From Eledone cirrhosa (lineage: Eukaryota), in assembly GCA_964016885.1 (NCBI GenBank), contig OZ024740.1, positions 177,630,001 through 177,694,000 of the forward strand: 64,000 nt of DNA. The letters run 5' to 3'. The notes beneath the pieces are model-generated. The model was not told the DNA's origin. It saw only the letters and a list, made by a program, of their open reading frames with translations, and did not search any database. Shown piece after piece: positions 54,544 through 64,000 of this stretch. Positions within the stretch are counted from its first letter, which is position 1; each line of letters starts with the position of its first letter. The translations under genes were made by a program, and so were the position numbers.

Positions 54544-56296
54544 ATGTTCCTAACTTTAACAATGTGTGACTTACAACGAACGCTAGACTGCGAGAAGAGA
54601 GGGAAAGAGACAGATATAAACGTTATATCTCCCTCTAGTTCCATAGAAGTATCTATGGAAACGAACAACAACAAAACTTCGTTTCGTAAAGAAATGGATA
54701 TTTACACAACAAATAATGAAAATAACAGCCGACAACAGACACCAAAAAATACAGAAAATGCAGAAATTGAAACAATTGACACAACTACAAACGAAAAAAC
54801 CAACAACAACAACAAAATCGAAAAAACAAGATTCGCACAGACTGTGATAAATAAAACAGTGTGCAAACACATCGACATAAGCAACTCCAAACAAATGTTG
54901 ACCGATGCAAAACAATTCATAACCTTTGAAGAAAAGGGTGGGTTTCATATAAACTCACCCTTGCAAATTAAACGAGAAACAGTTCGAAGGACTGTAACCT
55001 TCCGAACTGTTTCAAATCAAACAAAAAAACCGGTATTCATCAGTCAAGGAGAAATTGAAACAACCCTGAAAGAGGCTCTGCCGGACATTGATTTTATGCA
55101 GAGGGCCAGACTATATGGAAGTGTTTCGGTACATTTTACAAACGAGGCCCTCGCACAAAAGCATTCTGTTACACCAGTCATCACAAAAACACACACCTTT
55201 TTCCCTACTTACATGGGAAAAAGAACTCAAAAAATTTAAATAAATAATATACCACCAAACATCAACATTTGGTGGATCTTGGCCGGATTTATAGAGCCAG
55301 AAACTGATACAATTCTTTCGGTCAGGAAATCGACCAGACAAAGGTGGGCAGGGACAAATTTGGAAATTCTGATACAAATGACACCAGAAAGAATTTCCAA
55401 AATCCCCGAAAGAGTGCTGGTCGACAACCAGAACTACATCAACATCGTAACTTGGGGCAGAAAGCCTCACTGTTTTCGATGTGCAAGCACATCACACCTA
55501 AAAGCCTCCTGCCCTTTACAAACAAATCTTTTTTAAAAAAAGTACTTTTACCAACACCAACACCAAAACAATCACCACCACCACCACCACCACAACAACA
55601 ACAACAACAACAGACGAAACGAGCAAACACACAAAAACAAACAGCCACTCAACCACCAACAACAGGAAAAACAGAGACAACACCCCTGAAGAACACAGCC
55701 CCACCCCATCCGCTCCATCAAACACTAACACAAACACACACACCGAAACACCACCACCACACAACATACCCCTACCCCACACTCCTGACGATGATTATTC
55801 ATTGACGGATGAAGCTGCTTCTCCTTCTTTAAGTGAAGAAGAGGAAGAGCCGCGGCAATCTAAAAAACAAAAAAAAGACACCACAAAACCCCCAAAACTC
55901 CAATCACCAACACACAACCACAGACACAAACAACAACACAAACAACACCACAGTCAAACATCCCCCTTCCAGCAACCCCCCCCCCCAACACATGCACCCA
56001 CCATAAAAAGAAAACTCCCGGACGAACAACAAACTAAAACAACACAACAAAAACACAAACAACAATACGCATACATCAACACAAACAACAAGAGTTTGAT
56101 GGAAGTCATCTCCCAAAACCCCAAGGTGGAGATGGAGGGCAAAACTTTCGTCAAGGCAGAATCGTCTCCACACTTTAAACTTATAAGGGTTTCTATGGAA
56201 ACCTATAATGTCCTGAAAAATAAATTTTCACAGGACGTGGGCAACCCCTGCCAGAAACCCAACAACCGAGTCCTGTTAAAATGTTTCCCCACCTAA
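54544..56296 (+). pseudogene. Tx1/L1-like LINE ORF1 (frameshifted) with a CCHC zinc knuckle
   Basis: RRM-like segment YGSVSVHFTNEALA; HCFRCASTSHLKASCP (CX2CX4HX4C); low-complexity T/Q/K/P tail. Confidence 0.8.
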
Positions 56297-56399
56297 CACC
56301 CCATCCAGCACCCAAATGGAGATTGAACAACCCGATCTCCAGGAAACGAAAAGGTAAGTGAACCTTTTCGTCCTTTTTCTCCAACTTTTCTTCACCAAC

Positions 56400-56957
56400 A
56401 TGGCTAGTTTACGAGTTGGAAGCGTGAATGTGCGTGGCCTAGGGATGCCCTGGAAACAGGGCCAACTTTTAAACGACCTTAGGTCGGACGGTATGGATGT
56501 GATAGCCATCACCGAGCCCAGGATCCACAACAGGCAGCAACTAACGCCCATCTTCGACGACTTTGAGATCTACACATCTCTCTGTCAGCCAGGAGGTGGA
56601 GAGGGAGTGCCTGTCATGTTTCGGAAGAACCTGGACGTCGAAGTACAGCAAGTACACTTGGACCCGGAGGGTAGACTGGTAGTCCTAGACGTGAACAGTA
56701 TTGGAGGTGGAGCCTTCAGACTGGTGGCCGTTTATGCCCCGACCGGGCAATCGCAATCACGGCCAGACTTCTTTAAGCGTCTAGAGTCTTTTCTGGGAAC
56801 GTCTCACTCCTTACTTTTAGTGGGGGACTGGAATGGCATCCTAGATGCACGATGGGACTATATGGGAGCATGTCTCAGTAGAGAGAGGTGAAACAGCCTC
56901 AAAATTTTAATCGGCCAATTCCAACTGGCCGATAGGTATCGACTGGATTACCTGACT
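56400..56957 (+). pseudogene. Tx1/L1-like ORF2 APE endonuclease, 3'-truncated
   Basis: MASLRVGSVNVRGL, DVIAITEP, DPEGRLVVLDV, VAVYAPT and LLVGDWNGILD; stop at 56891; no RT downstream. Confidence 0.88.
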
Positions 56958-57251
56958 GATAAAATCCAGCATTTGGGTTTCTGCAACTCATAAATCAAGT
57001 ACTGTCTGCTTAGACAAATAATGTTAAGCTTTCGGTAAGATGATTGAACAAGGAAGTCACTTTCTCAACAGGCTTTTAGTTCAAGTGCCAAGCGAAGGAC
57101 TGACCGTTATCAAAACCCACGTGGGGCTCGACAAGTGGGGCAACCCTTAGTTTTGGTGGATAAATTCAGTATGTGTCTTATTATTGCAAAATTGCAAAAT
57201 ATCACAAAACGAATTAAGTTCTCAACAGAATGGTTTTAAAATTAAGAAAAG

Positions 57252-57286
<35 letters not shown>

Positions 57287-57563
57287 ATCAAAAGATGGTT
57301 AAAGGAGTTCCATGTATTTTATTATGCGCATTTCAAAAACAAACATCATCATGCAATAATATTTGTGTTTTCATCAGATAAAACAGGAGAACATGATATG
57401 AAGGCTAAAAAACATTTGTGGATAGTGCAGTTTTAAATCAACATATGCTGATTTAACCATCTTTTGATCTTATATATTATGTATACTCCAGTCCTACAAA
57501 CTGTAGAGTGCTTCTTATCCGATATCTGCATTGCTTTATTGTACTACAATAAAACTCATCTCC

Positions 57564-57609
<46 letters not shown>

Positions 57610-57614
<5 letters not shown>

Positions 57615-58819
57615 ATAATAATAAATTTGAAGACTAATATCCAAAGAGGGCTAGATAAGGATAAATATATATAAAATATATAAGAACCCTAGAGCAAATC
57701 TATATATCTAAAACAGAGGATATATGTCTGTCTGTCTGTCTGTCTGTCTGACTCCCTAAAACTCGAGAACTACCCAACTGATTTTGTTCAAACTTTACAC
57801 ATGTAATACTTATGGTCGTGTGAATGTTTTGAACAAAAAAATTTCAAAGTTTCAATGCCCTAGGGACCGCATTAGGCGATTTAGCGATCTCTCTCTGTTT
57901 TTCTTAGTCTGTCTTTTTACATAGATACATAGGTATAACGTCGCGCCCGTATAATATCTATCTGCTTTCACCCTTAACGGGATCTTCTGATACTAAAAAA
58001 ATCAATCTGGGAACGCAGAAGTAAATATTTCGAAAAACGTTACACACTATATATATATATAAACACACTATATATACATATATACACACACATATAGCGT
58101 CATAATGTCGTAATGCAGACAGCCAGACATACAGACAGATATTATAAGGGCGCAGCGTTATATCTATGTATCTATCTAAAAAGAAAGGCTAATAATTATA
58201 GAGAGATCGCTAAATCGCCTAATGCGGTCCCTAGTGCAATGAAAATTTGAAATTGTTTTTGTTCAACACACCCACAGGACCATAATTATTACATATGTAA
58301 AGTTTGAAAAAACTCGGTTGGGTGGTTCTCGAGCTTTAGGGAGACAGACAGACATTCTCTGTTTTAGTTATATAGATATATATATAATTATATATTCGTG
58401 TACAGATATTTTTGCATACACAATAACAAAATATAAACAAACGTATTTATTTCACGAGGCTCGACAGCAGCAAACCAACAACAAAAAAAGAGGGAACGCA
58501 ATTACATACTTTTGTAAAATCTTAATGAAAAATTATTTGCCTATTTACTTACCCAAGGCAACTTCACTTTTTATTAGGACTTCTACATCAATTGGTGAAC
58601 ATACGACGAAGCTGTTTCAGAAAGGAGGGATAAACATGCCAATCTATGTTTAGAATCCCGAGCAACGCCGGGCCATTCTGCTAGTATTTATTAAAATAAT
58701 AGATTAAAGTTTAAGCAAGGAATCGTTGCTTTCACCCTTAAGGGGATCTTCTGAAGATCCCGTTAAGGGCGAAAGCCGCGATTCTTTGCTTAAACATTAA
58801 TCTGTTATTTTAATAAATA
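57610..58819 (-). repeat. Penelope pLTR (family of 10740-10920) split by a Helitron and ending in a head-to-head hammerhead palindrome (58685-58819)
   Basis: 57610-57698 joined to 58685-58752 gives a contiguous reverse complement of the pLTR; the palindrome is centred at 58752. Confidence 0.82.
57699..58684 (+). mobile_element. Non-autonomous Helitron with an internal inverted Helitron-5'/pLTR module
   Basis: A|TC at 57698-700; hairpin cccgagcaacgccggg; CTAG|T at 58681-85; 57699-57960 is inverted at ~58130-58377. Confidence 0.85.
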
Positions 58820-59049
58820 TATATATTAGTATTATAAAAAAGAAAAATTTCGCTCTACATGGCTAAATACAATAAATGTAATCTGAGTTTTTCGAATATT
58901 AATAATAACATTCGATTCGTTTGCAATTATGCAAACAAGCCTCAATTTTATTACTGCATCTGCAGTTGCAAATAGCTTTTGTGTAAGATTAGCTAACTGA
59001 ATGTTCTCTTTCACTTATAAACTGCAAAATCTTATACATATATATATAT

Positions 59050-59980
59050 ATATCTTAAACGAAATACATAAGAACCTACCTTACCTTAACAGTGGCCTCT
59101 GCCGAGACGACGCACTTTTCCTCTTAGACTATAAAAAGTTCAATATAGAAAGAACTAGAAAACAATTACATAAAATATTTAAAAACTATAACTTAGGTAT
59201 CACTTTAGATAAAAACACCAACAATATTAACTTCCTGGATGTCACTCTCTACTTAGACTCTAAAAAATATACACCTTATCATAAACCTAATGAAAAACGT
59301 TTCTATGTTAATACCAACTCTAACCACCCTAAATTTGTACTGACCCAAATCATTAAAGGGGTATCTAATAGAATCTCCAGCCTTTCTTACAACGAGAATA
59401 CGTTTAATCGTAACTCCCAATACTATAATGAATCCTTAGCCCGTTCCGGCCATAGAGATAAAATTAAATTTAAACCTAAATCGTCAACCACCCATAGACA
59501 ACCTAATATAATTTCACACAACATGGCCATGAATAAAAGTAAATATGATCATAGCATTGAAAATCCCGACTCCTATACAGAGGGCACCATAAAAAAAGTT
59601 AAATCACACCACAGCAATAATCCTAAGAAAAACCACAGAAAGAAAAATATAGATAAGAAGGAACCTAACACCACACTAAACAGTAGTATGAATAACAACC
59701 ATAAGAAGAATAGAAGAAGTAACACATTTTTTAATTCGCCGTTCAACTTAAATGTATCAACAAACATACCTAAAGCTTTCTTCTCTATTCTAGACAAAAA
59801 CTTTCCAATTAACCATAAACACCACAACCTATTTAACAAAAACACAATTAAAATCTCCTACTCCACCACACCTAACATAGCAGACCATATAGCCAGCACC
59901 AACAAGAGAAAGATTAAAAATTACTTCAAATTACACCAAAGTAATAATGTCCAGCATAGAAATAAACTGAACAATAACAC
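59050..59980 (+). pseudogene. Internal fragment of a PLE related to the 47210 ORF
   Basis: GLCRDDALF, NFLDVTL, YHKPNE..YVNTNSNHP, ISHNMAMN, FFNSPF and FNKNTIKISYSTTPNI; bounded by microsatellites. Confidence 0.9.
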
Positions 59981-60044
59981 AGTGTGGGTGTGCGTGTGCG
60001 TGCGTGTATACATGTGTATATACATCTGCATATATATATATGTA

Positions 60045-60110
<66 letters not shown>

Positions 60111-60145
60111 CGTGCGTGTGTGTGTGTGTGTGTGTGCGTGCGTCC

Positions 60146-60219
<74 letters not shown>

Positions 60220-60225
60220 GTGTGA

Positions 60226-60450
60226 GAAGCGGGGCTCTTGAAGGTGTAAACCGTCAACCAAAAATGTTTCTCCTTTTGATGTGTTGATGGTCATGGCAAA
60301 ACTAAGATACACCGGAAATTGAAGTGGTTTGAACATCGAATGCATTTTCCTCAAAATAAGAACAGGTGTACGTCATTGGATGCAAACGAAGTCGCAGGTT
60401 TATGTCAGAGTGACCTTCTAGAGGGATGTATTAATGAAGACTAGGAGTCT
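60226..60450 (-). pseudogene. Helitron Pif1-helicase C-terminal fragment
   Basis: [38 protein letters not shown] matches the QFP..FAMTINK.QGQT..G..L..P.FSH motif. Confidence 0.8.
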
Positions 60451-60626
60451 CTCGCTTCAAATATAAAAAATAAATAAAAATAAATTTATTGGATGGGGCC
60501 GTTGACTCTCCTCAGTTCGTCTGCACTTTGACGGGTTTTGTTTTTCATCGCGCAGGGTGTCCAACATCACTCTCCTCTCCAAGCAGGCTTGGACGGGTTG
60601 CCAGTTTAGTCACCGACGATCCGACC

Positions 60627-60748
<122 letters not shown>

Positions 60749-60806
60749 GTTAATTCTGAAGGAAAAGCAAAGGAAAAAAGAGTACACTATGTATAGAACA
60801 GAGCAA

Positions 60807-60960
<154 letters not shown>

Positions 60961-61199
60961 CAATACTAATATAAATGTAATCAGATTTTTTCGAATATTA
61001 ATAATAACATTTGATTCGTTTGCAATTATGCAAACAAACCTAATTTGCATGTCACCTAATATAGGAATAATTAAACACTTGGCAACCTACTACACTAACC
61101 TGAACCTAAACCGCATGTATCTGTAACAACTGGAAAATATGCTCGAAAAGATTCATGACCGAAGTTAAAAATAGGCACGTATAGCGAAATAAATATAGC

Positions 61200-62230
61200 T
61201 AGTTTGACTTTAAAACCTGTGTCCCTTCTTTCCGATATACCAACTCCAGCAGTCCTTGATTGCAATTCTGATGTAATTCATGCCTTCCATCACTCATAAA
61301 CTGGACTTGATATAAGTGAAACTTTCGAACTGCTTTTGTTACTACTTCCACAGCGCATGTCAATCTTATCCATGAAAATTATGAAGACGATAGTTGAGAA
61401 TATGCACACATGGCGGAGTACCAAACCTACATTGACAGGCTTCAAAAACAAATAATATGACATTTTATAGAGACTTCAAGGTAACAAGAAGCTCTCCGTC
61501 GTTCCCGCACTCCTGCAGATATTCCACACTAATTCACATGGAACATGGTCGCATGTCTTTTCCAGGTCTACGAAATAAGCACACACTTCTTGGCAGTGCT
61601 CCCACTATTTCTGGAAGACCAGCCGTAGACTAATTATTTCGTCGACAGTGGTCTGTGGACGAAATTCTCCCGTCTAGTTTCCAGACACCTCGCACAGACT
61701 TTACTTGGGAAGTTTGACAAGGACACTCCTCTATAATTAGAGCAATCTCTCCTGTCTCCCTTTCTGAAAATTCTGATTATGACTCCCGATTGCTATTACT
61801 TTGCTGCTTTTCCAATCACCCAAGCCACATTGAACGCACAAGTCAGCTAGAGTGTACTTTCTCTATTTAAGGCCTTTAGCAACTCGGGCCGAATTTTATC
61901 CTTCCAAGAGATTTTGCCACATTTGAGGGCTTTAATTGCTCATGTGATCGCAGCTTTCGAGGAGTTTGTCTTTGACTCTAGATGCAACTCGATTACATCA
62001 AAATATTTCGAGACCAGATTTAAGAGATCATCAGAATGCATCTTCTTTCAGAGAGAACTCAAAGCGGGTTCCTGATTGTAGCCACAAAAGCCTTTCGTCC
62101 AGACGAGGCTTCAGGAGGCAATTCATCACTCTCAGTTGGGTCTATCCTCTCAGACATTCTGACAGCCGAGGATTTGTAAATATACCCAATCCCACTTGTG
62201 CAATCACTTATTTCACCTCTGAATAGTAGA
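61200..62230 (-). pseudogene. Decayed LINE RT fragment (RTE-like)
   Basis: Reverse strand gives NYRGVSLSNFPSKV (~61700-61738) and YFVDLEKTCDHVP (~61540-61580). Confidence 0.7.
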
Positions 62231-62619
62231 GTTGCTATTCTCCACCAATATCTACGGTACTATAGTCACCAAAGTCTACAGAACCAGTCAGATGTTATTA
62301 ACTAGATATAATTAGTAACATCTGTCTTCCTCCACTTGTTCCTGCTTCTGTAATATACCGTTCATGTTAACTGTAATAGTTATAACTTTCAAGTTACTAA
62401 TTTTTTATGTTTGCTCCTTTCTGGTCCTTTTTTGGTATCGCAGGATACACAACCGTTGTGTGTCGATACCATGCCTCTCGGGACATGTTGTATCGACATC
62501 TCTGGCTTGTGAGAGTTTTTTTTATTAATGTGTACAACATTGTTCAATATAACCTTTTTTTTTTCAAATTTAAGATACAGATTAAGGAATATTTTAAAAT
62601 TTAGGATGGGATTTATCTA

Positions 62620-63150
62620 ACTAAATAAATAAAAAGAAAAGGGGTTTTTGGTAAGAAATATCGTAAAACTGGAAGAAAGGGTGAACGAAGGAAAGAAAAA
62701 TAAGGAAATAACAAAAGGCAGAAAAAGAGGAATAAAGAAAGAGAGAATAAACAACAGAAAAGAATTAAGAAAGTAAGAAAATTAGAAAAAGGAAAAGAAA
62801 TATAGAAGTTAATAATGAATGAATGGAATGAAGGAAGGGAGAAAAAATTTATCGAGTAAAATAAACGGTAAAATGAAAGAAAGAATGAAAGAAAGAAAAA
62901 AAGAAAAAACATAAAGAAAGACAGGATGAAACGAAAGAAAAGAAAAAAAAACATAGAAAAGAAGGATGAATGAATGTAAGAAAAGAAAAAAAATATGCAA
63001 AGAAAGAATGAAGGAAAGAAAGGAATTAAAAAGAACTTTATTGAATCAAAATACGAATGAAATATAGGAAGGGAAGAGAATCTCCAAGAAAAATTGAAAG
63101 TAATGATGAACAGCAGAAAGTTAATTAAAAACAAACGAAAAAAATATAGA
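62620..63150. repeat. Purine-rich (GAAA-type) low-complexity tract
   Basis: Strong A/G strand bias with degenerate gaaa repeats. Confidence 0.85.
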
Positions 63151-63339
63151 CCTCGCAAAAATCTTTTTTTTTTTAATTAAAAAATAACCACGAAAGAATG
63201 TGAAAGAATAAATCCTCTCTCAACCATAGAGGCACATGATCTCGGAACTTATCTTGGTTTTATATGTGTTAAGCAACTGAAAGTACAAAGGTTCACCCTT
63301 GACCCGTTGCAATGTTTACCCTTAGCTTCTATTGCTGGT

Positions 63340-63770
63340 TTCAACGATGGTTTCAACGATGAGTATTCCAGTTGTTAGATCAATGGAGCAGCCTGCTCAT
63401 AAATTAACGTGTAAGTGACTGAGCATATCTCAGGCACGTGTACCATTAATGCAATTCTCATGGATGTTCAGTGCGACACAGTTGGTGAGAAGGCTGGCTC
63501 TTTTGAATTATAGGTACAGTCCATCCAACAGGCTTCAAAACAATTTCCACCCCCACCCCCACCCCAGTTTGGCTCACAAAGCATTGGTCGACCCGCAGTA
63601 GGATCGAACTGAAGACCCAACGATCGTGAAACAAACTTCTTAACTATTCGGTTATGTTGCATCCACACTGGAGAAATATCAAATGAAGAACTCAAGGTAC
63701 CACACAGTCCAGAAATCGGAACCACGACATTACGATCGTGAGCCTGATGCCCAAACCACTAACGTCTGTA
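63340..63770. mobile_element. SINE-like fragments of a second family, including tRNA-like heads on the - strand
   Basis: gatcaatggagcagcctgctc.taaattaacgtg.aagtg.ctgagca resembles a recalled octopus repeat; ggatcgaac and gaaatcggaacc are B-box reverse complements at ~63601 and ~63712. Confidence 0.55.
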
Positions 63771-64000
63771 CCTTCATAAAAAAATGAAAGAAGAAGAGAA
63801 AAAGTGAATGAAATTCGTCCAGATTTTCAGAAAAAAGTTTATGCTTAAATTTAGCATGGAAAAAAATTGAAGTGTATGCAAAAAAAAATTCGAAGTTGTT
63901 GAACAAAGGATTTTAAATGAGTTTTAATGGGTTATAGGTAAACTTGCTTAACTCTTTATGTATATCTTTCTTTCCTTCCCTTTTTCTTTCTTTCTATGCA

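Noticed and set aside
56316-56407. AAG|GTAAGT donor plus pyrimidine tract between LINE ORF1 and ORF2
   Set aside because: It coincides with a probable ORF1 stop codon and a short inter-ORF spacer; no evidence of splicing
62613-63158. 181-aa Phe-rich membrane-protein-like ORF
   Set aside because: Artefact of the purine-rich low-complexity tract

Overview
Eukaryotic, AT-rich, microsatellite-dense and almost entirely transposon-derived DNA. It probably comes from an octopod cephalopod or related mollusc, judged from recalled SINE families. No complete host gene is visible. Penelope-like retroelements (PLEs): at least five, including one with an intact 870-codon RT + GIY-YIG ORF, a partial direct terminal repeat, a canonical hammerhead ribozyme and a near-identical 2.2-kb inverted arm. 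Helitrons: two large elements with decayed Rep/Pif1-helicase genes plus several non-autonomous copies with A|TC...hairpin-CTAG|T termini. Also present: a Merlin (IS1016/ISXO2-like) transposase, two 3'-truncated Tx1/L1-like LINEs, RTE-like LINE fragments, many tRNA-derived SINEs (several with TSDs), MITE-like foldbacks and an isolated RMND5-like first coding exon. The most notable items are three hammerhead families (two forming head-to-head palindromes, one with a variant CAGAAGA core), a recurring Helitron carrying a Penelope hammerhead repeat, and the Merlin + RMND5 cargo between inverted Penelope arms. All calls were made by eye, without database searches.
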